Shown: positions 40,362 through 50,849, numbered from the whole stretch's first letter. The stretch: 63,078 nucleotides of DNA, filler included, from 8 parts of 8 records of this genome joined end to end with filler, not necessarily neighbours in it; one strand, 5' to 3'. Program-made: numbers and translations. The notes: generated by a model not told the origin, from the sequence alone.

Positions 40362-40588
40362 TTTTGAATTGATCTAAAAAATATTCTATATATTCTTTTT
40401 CTAAATTGCAGTGAACCTTTGCAACTTCGCTTAGAAAAATAATAATTTTATCAAATTATATATAATTTATTTTGTTGCTCCGACATCAGTGGATGCCCAC
40501 AGTCGGAGCTAATATAAACCCAAAACCAAAGTTATTATTGAGCAATTACCGGATTAACCAAACCCGCAGCCACAAAACTTAAAAAGGG

Positions 40589-42037
40589 TTATTTCCCATA
40601 ATTCATATATACAGTTTTCTTTTCAAGATATCCTTCTAATCCGTGCTTACCATCTTCTCCGCCAACTCCACTTTTCTTAAATCCGTTATGGAATGCGTTT
40701 ACTAATTCACCATTTCTTCTATTTACATAAACTTCTCCAAATTCAAGTTCGTTTACAGTTCTCATAATCTTTTTCATATCATTTGTAAACAAATATGCAG
40801 AAAGTCCATATTCACATTCATTAGCATACTCAAGAGCTTGTTCGAAATTTTTGATTTTAACTACTGGAACTATTGGTCCGAAGATCTCCTCCTGAACAAC
40901 TTTCATATCATTAGTACAGTCAGTAATTACTGTAGGTGCAAACCAATAACCTTTTTCGAATTCACCTTCAGTTAATCTTTTACCTCCCAGAGCAACTGTT
41001 GCTCCTTCAGCTTTTGCTGATTCAACTAACTCTTCCAATTTATCAATTTCTGATTTATTAACTTTTGGTCCCATAGTTGATTTTGGATCAAGAGGATTTC
41101 CTACTACTACTTTTTTTGCTTTTTCTAAGAATAGTTCCATAAATTCATCATAAACAGCTTCATGGATATACATTCTCTCATTACATGTACAAACCTGACC
41201 ACAGTTACAGAATTTTGAATCTACTGCTGCTTGTGCTGCTTTTTCCAGGTCTGCGTCCTCTAATACGATAAATGGTGCATTTCCACCTAATTCAAGTCTA
41301 AGTACTGTAATATTTTCTGCTGCTGCTTTGTATAATTGAGTACCTGCTCCCGTACTTCCTGTTAAAGTAACTAATTTAGTGATCTCATTTCTTACTAATT
41401 CATCTCCAACTACTCTTCCTGAACCGGTAATGATACTTAAAACACCTTTTGGTATTCCTACTTTACTAATAAGTTCAGATAACTCTAATACTGCAAGAGG
41501 TGTTTCTGTAGGCGGCTTAACAACCATTGTATTACCTGTAACTAATGCGTTACCTATCTTTCTACAAGCTAATGCTAATGGGAAGTTCCAAGCTAAGATT
41601 CCTACTGTTACCCCGAAAGGTACTCTTTGAATCCAAATTTGCTCATCCTGCATCTCACTTGTGTAAATCTCTCCCTCTATTCTTCTAGCTGATTCAGCAG
41701 CGTAAACTAAAAAGTTTGCTGATGCTTCAACTTCTCCAATTGCTTCGGGATAAGTTTTTCCTTGCTCTAAAGATAGTATTTTTGCGAATCTCTCTTTTTC
41801 ATTTAATAATTCTTTTGCAAGAGCTCTCACATATTGACCTCTTGTTTCTGCAGGTAGTTTTGCCCATTCTTTTTTGGCTTTTTCAGCTCCTTCTAGTGCT
41901 GCTACTGCATCTTCTCTGGTTCCTTTTTGAATCTTTGCTAATAAAGATTCATCTATCGGGCTAATTACATCGATTGTTTCTTTGCTTGTACTATCAATAT
42001 ATTCACCATCAATAAAAAGTTGATATACGTTTTTCAC
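40589..42037 (-). CDS. AldA-type aldehyde dehydrogenase; probable 3,6-anhydrogalactose dehydrogenase
   Basis: AWNFP, VVKPPTETP, TGST, LELGG, NCGQVCTCNER, EEIFGP, GGEDGKHG. The specific substrate is inferred from recalled similarity and gene context. Confidence 0.85.
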   Translation of the reverse strand: MKNVYQLFIDGEYIDSTSKETIDVISPIDESLLAKIQKGTREDAVAALEGAEKAKKEWAKLPAETRGQYVRALAKELLNEKERFAKILSLEQGKTYPEAIGEVEASANFLVYAAESARRIEGEIYTSEMQDEQIWIQRVPFGVTVGILAWNFPLALACRKIGNALVTGNTMVVKPPTETPLAVLELSELISKVGIPKGVLSIITGSGRVVGDELVRNEITKLVTLTGSTGAGTQLYKAAAENITVLRLELGGNAPFIVLEDADLEKAAQAAVDSKFCNCGQVCTCNERMYIHEAVYDEFMELFLEKAKKVVVGNPLDPKSTMGPKVNKSEIDKLEELVESAKAEGATVALGGKRLTEGEFEKGYWFAPTVITDCTNDMKVVQEEIFGPIVPVVKIKNFEQALEYANECEYGLSAYLFTNDMKKIMRTVNELEFGEVYVNRRNGELVNAFHNGFKKSGVGGEDGKHGLEGYLEKKTVYMNYGK

Positions 42038-42097
42038 TTTAACCTCCTATTATTATATCCAGATACAATCTTCTCTTTTCTTTTCTAGATATAATTT

Positions 42098-42706
42098 TTA
42101 TTGAATATTAGTATCTAAAAACTCAATAGCTTTATCAAGGTTTCTCTCTTTAATTGCCTTTAAAATTCTCTCATGTTCTTCGCAGCTTTCATGTAAATTT
42201 TCAAGTCTCTTATAATTAAACATCATTCTAAGAATAAGTTCATTCCAAATACCATAAAGGTGTCTGTCATCATATTTTTTTATTATTAGACTATGAAAAT
42301 GAATATCAAGATTTAAAAATCTTTGCAAATCCTCATCATGGCACGCTTCCAGCATTCTGTCCATTACCGCTCTGAATCTATCCATATCTTTCTTATCAAA
42401 GTTATTTATAACCTTTCTAAGGGCAAATTTTTCAAGCTGTTTTCTCATATCAATAATTTCATGTAGCACCTCATCACTGGGTGGTGAAGCAACTTTTACT
42501 CCTACATTCGGTTTGGCAACTAAAAATCCTTCTTTTGCTAAAGCTTTTAGTGCGTCTCTTACAGGTCCTCTACTTACATTATATTTTTTAGCAAGCTGAA
42601 CTTCCCGTAAGTTCTCGCCTTCTTTTAATTTCCCATCAAAAATATCGTTTTTTATTTGGTGCATAATTTGTTCTGAAATAGTGTAAAATACTTGATCTCC
42701 TGGCAT
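42098..42706 (-). CDS. GntR-family regulator (FCD domain)
   Basis: LREVQLAKKYNVSRGPVRDAL, DIHFH, EHERI. Confidence 0.93.
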   Translation of the reverse strand: MPGDQVFYTISEQIMHQIKNDIFDGKLKEGENLREVQLAKKYNVSRGPVRDALKALAKEGFLVAKPNVGVKVASPPSDEVLHEIIDMRKQLEKFALRKVINNFDKKDMDRFRAVMDRMLEACHDEDLQRFLNLDIHFHSLIIKKYDDRHLYGIWNELILRMMFNYKRLENLHESCEEHERILKAIKERNLDKAIEFLDTNIQ

Positions 42707-42785
42707 ATCTTTTTCCTCCTATAAATGCAAAATGTCATTTAAATTCCCTCAGAATTAAATTGCATTTTGCTTATTGTAGACAATC

Positions 42786-43883
42786 CTACAATACATTATA
42801 CTTGGAAAGCTTCTCCCAGTCAAACTCAACTCCAATTCCTATTGTATCCGGAGCTGTTGCTATCCCGTTATTTACTTCAACAGGTCGTTTAGTATATCTG
42901 TCAATCGGGAAACAATGATACTCCATATATCCTGCATGAGGCATAGCTGCTAGTAAGCTAACATGTAGTTCCTGCATACCATGTGTACATACAGGCACTC
43001 TGAATGCTTTACAAAGATTAGCTATTTGCAGCCATCCTGTAATTCCACATACATTCGAAGCATCCGGCTGTGGAAAATTAATTCTACCTATCTGTATAGC
43101 ATGTCTGTGTTGTAATAATGTGTGTAGATTTTCTCCCATTGCTATAGGCACAGCACTCTTTTTGCTTAGTTCATTATAACTCTCGTAGTCTCTTGGTTCG
43201 ATAGGTTCTTCAAGCCATAATACATTTAATTTTGCAAACTCTTTTGATGCTCTGATAGCTTTCTGAAGATCCCATGATGCATTTGCATCAACCATTAGAT
43301 CTTTGTCATCTCCTATTAACTCTCTAACTGCTCTGGTTCTTTCGACATCTTCTGTTAAAGTTTCTTTTCCAAGTTTAATCTTAAATGCTACATGTCCTTT
43401 ATCCATCTGATTTTTAATATTCTCAAGAAGTTTCTCCTGTGAATATCCAAGGTCAATTCCTCCGTAATAACACTCTACTTCCCTACTTTTTCCACCTAGA
43501 AGCTTCCATAAAGGCAGGTTAGCGGCTTTACACCTCAAGTCCCATAAGGCAATATCAACTGCTGATGATGCAAATGATGATATTCCTCCTCTACCTACAT
43601 AGTTTACTCTTATGCTCAGGTCCTCAGTTATATTTTCTACAGCACTAGCATCTTTTCCTTCTAATGCAGGTAAAAAATCTTGTTCTATCATATTATAGAT
43701 AGCTCTTCCTCCGTATCCACCTGTGTAAGTATACCCCGTTCCTTCACTTCCATCTTCCAATTTGATCGTCACAGTAATGATCTCAAAATTTGTTTGTGAT
43801 CCATGTTCAGCATCAACTAATGGTTCATCTAGTGGAATTGAGAAGTATTTAGTCTCTACTTCTTTTATCAATCTAGATCCCAT
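42786..43883 (-). CDS. Mandelate racemase-subgroup enolase; probable 3,6-anhydrogalactonate cycloisomerase
   Basis: GTGYTYTGG.GG, YVGRGGI, YGGIDL, KIK, VDAN, WLEEP, MGENLHT, QPDASN, CTHGMQELHVSL, FPIDRY. GAAAGGAAGG RBS before ATG 43883. Confidence 0.85.
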   Translation of the reverse strand: MGSRLIKEVETKYFSIPLDEPLVDAEHGSQTNFEIITVTIKLEDGSEGTGYTYTGGYGGRAIYNMIEQDFLPALEGKDASAVENITEDLSIRVNYVGRGGISSFASSAVDIALWDLRCKAANLPLWKLLGGKSREVECYYGGIDLGYSQEKLLENIKNQMDKGHVAFKIKLGKETLTEDVERTRAVRELIGDDKDLMVDANASWDLQKAIRASKEFAKLNVLWLEEPIEPRDYESYNELSKKSAVPIAMGENLHTLLQHRHAIQIGRINFPQPDASNVCGITGWLQIANLCKAFRVPVCTHGMQELHVSLLAAMPHAGYMEYHCFPIDRYTKRPVEVNNGIATAPDTIGIGVEFDWEKLSKYNVL

Positions 43884-43939
43884 GCTTACCTTCCTTTCAA
43901 CTTTCATAAATACTTTAGAAAATTTTCTTTTATTTGTTT

Positions 43940-44008
43940 ATTGTAGATTGTTAACAATTAACTTTCTGATAAAGTTATACCATGTTATTAGTTCGTTGTC
44001 AATACAAT
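43940..44008. promoter_or_regulatory. Candidate GntR operator (TTGT...ACAA boxes)
   Basis: ATTGTAGATTGTTAACAAT at 43940 and TTGTCAATACAA at 43996; related sites at 42773 and 45425. Confidence 0.55.
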
Positions 44009-44113
44009 TTGATAAAAAAAATTACATTATATTTGTATAAATTAATTAAAACTGCTAATAACATACTAAAATTAAAGTAAAGCAAACTACTAAAAAATTT
44101 ATACTATGCTATC

Positions 44114-44160
44114 AAATAAAAAAATTAACTCTTGATTTACAAGAGTTAATTTTTTTATTT
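44114..44160 (-). terminator. Intrinsic terminator after the ADH gene
   Basis: AAATAAAAAAATTAACTCTTG-ATTTA-CAAGAGTTAATTTTTTTATTT perfect inverted repeat. Confidence 0.8.
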
Positions 44161-44189
44161 GATATTAGATTATTATTAACAGCATCGAT

Positions 44190-45350
44190 TTATTTACACA
44201 TATTTAATATATTGAATATATCACTTTGTGTAAGTTTCTTAAAGTTTCCTGCTCCATTATTCATTTTCTCAGAGATTTCATTAAATTTTGAACTATCAAT
44301 ACCTACCTCTGAAAATTTAAGAGGCATTCCTAATTTTTCACTATAAAATTTCTTTGTGCAATTTATACCCTCTCTTGCAACTTCAATTTTTTCACTACTT
44401 GCACTTACTTCCCATACATTTACAGCAAATTCAAACAATCTGTCAACTGTTGTATCATCAAGAATATACTCCATCCAATGAGGAGCTATAATTGCTAAGC
44501 CTGCTCCATGTGTTATATCGTACATGCCTCCTATTTCATGATCTATACCGTGATTTGCACCATCGCCCTCTGTACCACACATAGTCAAGCCATTTAGTGC
44601 CAAACTACCAGCCCACATCAAATTAGCACGAGCCTCATAATTCTCAGGATCTAATATTGCTATAGGCCCATACTTAATACAGGTCTTCAATATTGCTTCA
44701 CATATTCTAGCAGTAACATAATCTCCTTTTTTATTATTAAAATAAAATTCATAAATATGTGACATTATATCTACAGTTCCTGCACCAGTCTGATAATTAC
44801 TGACTGTGTAAGTATATTCAGGATTTAATATCGCAAATTTTGGTCTAACATATGAACTTGCAACACCTTTTTTTTCTTTTGTTTCTAATTTAGTTATAAT
44901 ACTTGTTCCATTCATTTCACTACCAGTTGCAGCCATAGTTAATATTACAGCTACTGGTAACGCCGCTTTTGGTTCAGATTTATACGTGTAAAAATCCCAT
45001 ACATCGCCATTATATTTTACTCCCAATGCAATAGCTTTTGCTGAATCAATAACGCTTCCTCCTCCAACAGCAAGTACCAGCTCGATTCCATTTTCTTTAC
45101 ATAATTTTATTCCTTCATTTACTAAATTAAGTCTGGGATTTGGCTCAACTCCACTCAGTTCAAAAACTTTAACTTCTTTCTCTTTTAGTTGACCCAGTAT
45201 TTTTTCATACAATCCTATTTTTTTTATACTATTTCTACCGTATACCAGTAATACTTTTTTTCCGTATTCTAATACATTTTCACTAAGTTGTTGCAGAGTT
45301 CCTTTTCCAAAAAAAATTTTAGTATCATTGTGAAATTCAAAATTCATCAT
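44190..45350 (-). CDS. Iron-containing alcohol dehydrogenase (BdhA/YqhD-like)
   Basis: TKIFFGKG, GVEPNPR, AVGGGSVIDSAK, ATGSEMN, DIMSH, HGIDHEIG, HGAGLA. Confidence 0.93.
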   Translation of the reverse strand: MMNFEFHNDTKIFFGKGTLQQLSENVLEYGKKVLLVYGRNSIKKIGLYEKILGQLKEKEVKVFELSGVEPNPRLNLVNEGIKLCKENGIELVLAVGGGSVIDSAKAIALGVKYNGDVWDFYTYKSEPKAALPVAVILTMAATGSEMNGTSIITKLETKEKKGVASSYVRPKFAILNPEYTYTVSNYQTGAGTVDIMSHIYEFYFNNKKGDYVTARICEAILKTCIKYGPIAILDPENYEARANLMWAGSLALNGLTMCGTEGDGANHGIDHEIGGMYDITHGAGLAIIAPHWMEYILDDTTVDRLFEFAVNVWEVSASSEKIEVAREGINCTKKFYSEKLGMPLKFSEVGIDSSKFNEISEKMNNGAGNFKKLTQSDIFNILNMCK

Positions 45351-45660
45351 ATTTCCTCCTATTTTTTTAATCAAAATTAAAAACTAACTATTTTTATATA
45401 GGCATATTACTACACCAAAACAAGATTGTCAACTGTCAACAATTTCATTTTAATCTTAATTAAGAATGTTTTAATTAACGATTTGTTTATTTTTCAAAGC
45501 ATTTAAACCCTATCTTAGATTTAATTTTCAAGATTTGAGTAAAATAAGGAGAACTAAAAACAGTACTAAAGTACCTACTGTCGAATTTTTAAAACAAGTA
45601 TAATACTTACAAGAAAAATAAAGAATATATTATATATTCATATTTTGAAAGGAGTTTATT

Positions 45661-46380
45661 ATGACTATCTTAGTAGTAGGTGGAAGCGGAGCAACAGGAA
45701 TTCATTTAGTTAAACAATTACTGGAGAAGGGACATACAGTAAAAGTAATAGTTCGTTCAACACATAAATTAAAAGATTTCGCTGAAAAATATGATAATTT
45801 AAAAATTATACTGGGAAGTATCTCAGACTTAAGCGATCGTGAATTAGAAAAATATATAAATAATTGTGATGCAATAGCTTCTTGTCTGGGTCATAACTTA
45901 AGCTGGAAGGGAATGTTTGGTCCTCCATACAGACTGGTAACTGATTCGGTAATCAAATTATGCCGTGTTGCAAAGCTAATCAATGCCGATAGAAAAACTA
46001 AATTTGTATTAATGAATACAGCTGGAAACAGTAACAGGGATTTAAATGAGCAGATATCATTTAAGCAGAAATTAGTAATTGGACTATTAAGGGCACTACT
46101 TCCGCCACATGTGGATAATGAAAAAGCCTCCGATTATTTAAGACTTCATGAAAAAACACAAAATATTGAATGGGTTGTAGTTAGACCTGATAATTTAATA
46201 AACAAAGATCATGTAAGTGAGTATAATCTACACCCATCTCCAATAAGAAGTGCAATATTTAATGCAGGTCAAACCAGTAGAATAAACGTTGGAAATTTCA
46301 TGGCTGAGCTTATAGTTAATGATATTGTTTGGGATAAATGGAAAATGCAGATGCCTGTTATTTATAATTCTGAAAGTTAA
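45661..46380 (+). CDS. NAD(P)H-binding atypical SDR (flavin reductase-like)
   Basis: VVGGSGATG, WVVVRP, SRINVG. Confidence 0.85.
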   Translation: MTILVVGGSGATGIHLVKQLLEKGHTVKVIVRSTHKLKDFAEKYDNLKIILGSISDLSDRELEKYINNCDAIASCLGHNLSWKGMFGPPYRLVTDSVIKLCRVAKLINADRKTKFVLMNTAGNSNRDLNEQISFKQKLVIGLLRALLPPHVDNEKASDYLRLHEKTQNIEWVVVRPDNLINKDHVSEYNLHPSPIRSAIFNAGQTSRINVGNFMAELIVNDIVWDKWKMQMPVIYNSES

Positions 46381-46389
46381 AACTATTTT

Positions 46390-46432
46390 AAAAAACAGAT
46401 AAGTTTTATTCTTCTAAACTTATCTGTTTTTT
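46390..46432 (+). terminator. Intrinsic terminator
   Basis: AAAAACAGATAAGTTT...AAACTTATCTGTTTTTT. Confidence 0.7.
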
Positions 46433-46494
46433 ATGGTAATTTTGTGTTAAGCTTATAAAAAGAGTAAAGAAAGAAGTAGCAAGGAGGATCAATT

Positions 46495-49194
46495 ATGGAG
46501 GATATTTTATATACTAATTTTAATATTCCGATTTCTAAAAAAATAACTATTTATAGAGATAGACTTCTAAAATATTTAGATGAAGGGAATGAACATAAAT
46601 TAACTCTTATTACCGCTCCTGCCGGTTATGGTAAAAGCACTCTACTCTCTAATTGGGCAAAAAATAGAAAAGATACAATTTGGTTATCATTAGGTAATTA
46701 TATAAATGATCATTCTGATTTTATTAAGTATCTTATTGCTGCTTTTCAAGTTAAAAATAATAATTTAGGTAAAAACGCAATAGATATAATTTATTCACCA
46801 CAAGAATTAGATTATAAATCATTAATTAATATTTTGATTAATGATATTATAAAATTCAATGATAAATTAACTCTTATCTTAGATGATTATTATATTATTG
46901 CAAATGAGGTTAGTGATGAGATTCTAAATTACTTTATTGAATATCTGCCTGAAAACTTATCAATAATTATTATCAGTAGAGAAAAACCTAATCTACAACT
47001 TGCAAAGTTGCGTGTTGAGGCTGAGCTCTATGAAATAGAAAAAAAAGATTTATGCTTCTCAGTAAATGAAATCAAAGAGTTTCTGCAAGAAGTGATGAAA
47101 GTGAAAATATCAAAACGTAATCTACAACTCCTAGAAAAAAATAGCGAAGGTTGGATAGCCGGGATACAACTGGCAGTCCTTAGTATTGAAAATATATCAA
47201 ACGAAGAATCAATATTTAATTCTCTAAGTAACTCTCATCACTTCATAATGGATTATCTCATTGATGAAGTATTGAAGCAGCAAAGTACGGACTTACAAAA
47301 CTTTTTATTAATAACATCTATTCTGGATAAAATGAACAGTGACTTGTGTGACGCATTAATTAGTAATACTTCCACTTCCAGTCAAAAAATTATAGAGGAG
47401 ATAGATAGAAAAAACCTGTTTTTAATATCCCTTGATAATAATAGGGAATGGTACAGATATCATCATTTATTTCAGGAACTATTAAAACACAAACTTAAAT
47501 TTCATGACGAGATAGATATTAATCTGCTTCATAAAAAAGCAAGCTCTTGGTATGAAAAAAACGGATATTTAACAGAAGCGTTTAGCCACTCTATAGAAGC
47601 AGATGATATGAATAAAGCTGCGGAGATTGCAGAAAATATCTGGGAAGATTTTGATATGACATTCCAGACAAGTAAATGGATAAATTATATAAATAAGATC
47701 CCAAAGGAGATTGTGGAAAAAAATCCTATTTTACTAACAGCTCATTCGTGGGCACATTTAAACAAAGGTGATCTGGAAGATGCTATTAAATTAATAATCA
47801 AAGCTGAGAAATTAATCAATAAAATAAATAGTAATGATAGTTTGCCTTCTGAAATAATAGTTTATAATAAAGAACGCATCAATGATCTACCTGCGTCTAT
47901 TTTAATAGGACGAATGTATTATTCATTAACTTTAAACCAAAATGATGAAGTTATCAAATACTCCAGAGAAGTATTGAAATTATTAGGTGAAAATAAATAT
48001 TTAGCAAAAGGCCAAGTTGATGGATTGTTAGGGATAGTATATTGGAAACAGGGAAAATTAGAGCTTGCAAAAGATTCATTTCTAAGAGGAATGACTAATA
48101 TGCAAAAAGCCGGCAATCATCTTTTTGCAAGTACATTTATAATGGGTGTCGTAAGAGTAATGTATCTGATGGGAGAGATTAATGAGATAATTAATTTGTG
48201 CAAAGATTTAATAGAAAGATACCACACAGGCGAGAATGACCTGTTTTTAGTACTTCCTGATCTGTATAATGATCTGGCATTTGCATATATGGAGCAAAAT
48301 AAAAATAGATTAGCTCTCGAGGCTTTAGAAAACAGTAAAAAATTAGGTGATCAAACTTCATTAATCAACTGGAAGTCAGATTGGTATTATGCTAAATCCT
48401 GCCTTTTAAAATCCGGAAACAACTATGTAAATGCTCTCAAAATGATCTATGAAGCTGAAAGATATTATATAAGAACTCCGTTGCCACAGTTTTTTACATT
48501 TGATTCATTAAAATTAAGACTATTTATCAAACAAAAAAAGCTAATAAAAGCCAAAGAGTGGAGTAAAACTCTGAATCTCAAACTAAGTATGGATTTTTCC
48601 GATATTTATGATACTATTACGCTTATCCGTTTAGTCATCGCTAGTTATAAAGATAAATCTATTACTCAATACACATTAGAAGAAACATTAGAATTTTTAA
48701 ATAAGCTGATAATTAAAGAGTATATTGAGATTAGCATCACGTATAAAATTGAACTCTTAATTTTGAAAGCTCAAATTGAACATATTATAAAAAAAGAAAA
48801 AGATTGCATAAACTCTTTGGAAAAAGCTGTTGTATTAGCAGAAAGTCAAAATTTCATTAGTTTATTTATAAACGAAGGAAGAGATATGAGTGAACTGTTA
48901 TTTAAACTTGCATCCAAAACAAGTAAAAAAGAGTTTATACTTAAGCTGTTAAATGAGTTTAATGAAAAAGGAAAAATTGATGAAATTAATATTAATTATG
49001 TTGATCTGTTAAGCAAAAGAGAGCTGGATATTTTGAGATTAATTAAAAAAGGATATTCAAATCCAGAGATCGCTGATACATTATTTTTAGCATTGAGTAC
49101 GGTTAAAGGTTATAATCAAAATATTTTTTCTAAACTTAATGTAAAAAGAAGAGCTGAGGCAGTTATTAAAGCTCAGGAGTTGGGAATTTTATAA
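46495..49194 (+). CDS. MalT-like ATP-dependent LuxR-family regulator
   Basis: APAGYGKST, LILDDY, EGWIAG, WYRYHHLF, TPR-like region, C-terminal LSKRELDIL...GYSNPEIA HTH. Confidence 0.92.
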   Translation: MEDILYTNFNIPISKKITIYRDRLLKYLDEGNEHKLTLITAPAGYGKSTLLSNWAKNRKDTIWLSLGNYINDHSDFIKYLIAAFQVKNNNLGKNAIDIIYSPQELDYKSLINILINDIIKFNDKLTLILDDYYIIANEVSDEILNYFIEYLPENLSIIIISREKPNLQLAKLRVEAELYEIEKKDLCFSVNEIKEFLQEVMKVKISKRNLQLLEKNSEGWIAGIQLAVLSIENISNEESIFNSLSNSHHFIMDYLIDEVLKQQSTDLQNFLLITSILDKMNSDLCDALISNTSTSSQKIIEEIDRKNLFLISLDNNREWYRYHHLFQELLKHKLKFHDEIDINLLHKKASSWYEKNGYLTEAFSHSIEADDMNKAAEIAENIWEDFDMTFQTSKWINYINKIPKEIVEKNPILLTAHSWAHLNKGDLEDAIKLIIKAEKLINKINSNDSLPSEIIVYNKERINDLPASILIGRMYYSLTLNQNDEVIKYSREVLKLLGENKYLAKGQVDGLLGIVYWKQGKLELAKDSFLRGMTNMQKAGNHLFASTFIMGVVRVMYLMGEINEIINLCKDLIERYHTGENDLFLVLPDLYNDLAFAYMEQNKNRLALEALENSKKLGDQTSLINWKSDWYYAKSCLLKSGNNYVNALKMIYEAERYYIRTPLPQFFTFDSLKLRLFIKQKKLIKAKEWSKTLNLKLSMDFSDIYDTITLIRLVIASYKDKSITQYTLEETLEFLNKLIIKEYIEISITYKIELLILKAQIEHIIKKEKDCINSLEKAVVLAESQNFISLFINEGRDMSELLFKLASKTSKKEFILKLLNEFNEKGKIDEININYVDLLSKRELDILRLIKKGYSNPEIADTLFLALSTVKGYNQNIFSKLNVKRRAEAVIKAQELGIL

Positions 49195-49203
49195 CAAAAT
49201 CAC

Positions 49204-49235
49204 AAGAGAGACTAACATTAAAACTAGTCTCTCTT
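49204..49235. terminator. Probable terminator between convergent genes
   Basis: AAGAGAGACTA...TAGTCTCTCTT inverted repeat. Confidence 0.65.
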
Positions 49236-49246
49236 AGTTTATTAAT

Positions 49247-50629
49247 TTAATTTTTATTTAAAATATAGTAACCTCCATAGCCATTTCTTAGTATATATAA
49301 AAGTACATTAGAGTTATTTATGCTATCGTAAATCTCCTTAAACTCTTTTAGAGATTGAACTTCAGCATTATTGATCTCTAAAATCAGATCTCCCTCTTTG
49401 ATTCCCACTCTTGCGGCTTGAGAGTTTTGATCAACTTCGAGAATTATTACACCTGATTGGCTTTTATCATAGCCATATTTTTCCTTTTCCTGCTCTTCAA
49501 GTGTTGCTAATTTCATCCCTGACATATAAGTTCCCTGAGTTAACATCATCTCTTCTCTACTAGCTAAAACAGCTTTAACCGTTCTCTTTTTCCCCTCTCT
49601 TAAGCCATCTTTTCTATAAACTTCCAGCTCTATCTCATCACCAGGTTGATATGTACCTATGAGAGTTACTGCTTGCGCATAATTTTTAATCTCTATCCCG
49701 TTAATTGCTAATATAACATCTCTTCTCTTTAACCCTGCATCTTCAGCAGCTGAATCATCAATTACATCAGCTATTAGTGCTCCGTTTGCTGTTTCCAGTC
49801 CCATAGCTTCTGCCATTTTTGAATTAAAATTCGGCTCAAATCTAACACCTAATAATGGTCTTCTAACTTTTCCATATTTTTCTATACTCTCAGCTATTTT
49901 TTTAACTGTATTAATAGGTATCGCAAAACCTAGTCCTATACTTCCTCCGGAATTTGATATGATTGCGGTATTTACACCTATTACATTTCCATAAATATCT
50001 ATTAATGGTCCTCCACTATTTCCGGGATTTATAGCTGCATCAGTTTGAATGTAGTTCGCAAACTGCTCTAAACCTGCGCCGCTTCTACCTGTTGAACTTA
50101 TAATCCCAAGTGTCATAGTGCTGTTTAATCCAAAAGGATTACCTATCGCGATAGCCCATTGTCCTCTTTTAAGTTTATCTGAGTCTCCCATTACAACAGG
50201 CTTAAATTCATCTTTAGAATCTTTTATCTTCAAAACAGCAACATCAGTCATGGTATCGCCGCCTAATACTTCTGCCGAATACTCTTTACCATTATCAAAT
50301 TTGACATATACCTCAGTCGCATCTTTAACAACATGATTATTCGTTATAATTACCCCGCTCTTATCCACTACGAAACCTGAGCCAAGAGAAGCACCCTCCC
50401 TCTCTATTTGTCTGGGATTACTCTCTCCATAAAAAAACTGATCAAAAGGATTAATTATCGTTTGGGTTATAACAGTCTTCGTCCTGATGTTCACTATTGA
50501 AGAAATAACATTTTCAGCTACTTCGACAAATTTCTCCTGTTCTGTCATTGAATAAGTTGGGAAGCTAAAAACTATAAATAGCATGGCTAGTAGTAAAGAG
50601 TTTTTAGCTCTAAAGTTTTGTACTTTCAT
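49247..50629 (-). CDS. HtrA/DegP/DegQ serine protease with two PDZ domains
   Basis: Signal peptide; LGSGF, TNNHVV, DVAVL, IQTDAAINPGNSGGPL. Confidence 0.95.
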   Translation of the reverse strand: MKVQNFRAKNSLLLAMLFIVFSFPTYSMTEQEKFVEVAENVISSIVNIRTKTVITQTIINPFDQFFYGESNPRQIEREGASLGSGFVVDKSGVIITNNHVVKDATEVYVKFDNGKEYSAEVLGGDTMTDVAVLKIKDSKDEFKPVVMGDSDKLKRGQWAIAIGNPFGLNSTMTLGIISSTGRSGAGLEQFANYIQTDAAINPGNSGGPLIDIYGNVIGVNTAIISNSGGSIGLGFAIPINTVKKIAESIEKYGKVRRPLLGVRFEPNFNSKMAEAMGLETANGALIADVIDDSAAEDAGLKRRDVILAINGIEIKNYAQAVTLIGTYQPGDEIELEVYRKDGLREGKKRTVKAVLASREEMMLTQGTYMSGMKLATLEEQEKEKYGYDKSQSGVIILEVDQNSQAARVGIKEGDLILEINNAEVQSLKEFKEIYDSINNSNVLLYILRNGYGGYYILNKN

Positions 50630-50779
50630 TTCTAGATCACCTCTTTAAAATATTTTATCAGCTATATATTTTTTACTTCCTATTCATTAAAATTTTATTA
50701 AAAAATATATTTAATTAAATTAAATTTATATATATATCAAAAAAACAAAAAGAGTTTTTAATCATGAAACTTATAACTA

Positions 50780-50820
50780 TTTTTGAATAATTTATTTTAT
50801 CTAAATAAATTATTCAAAAA
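50780..50820 (-). terminator. Terminator downstream of the LacI gene
   Basis: TTTTTGAATAATTTATTT...AAATAAATTATTCAAAAA inverted repeat. Confidence 0.6.
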
Positions 50821-50849
50821 CAAACAAGCCTGTTTAAAAACTCTAATAT

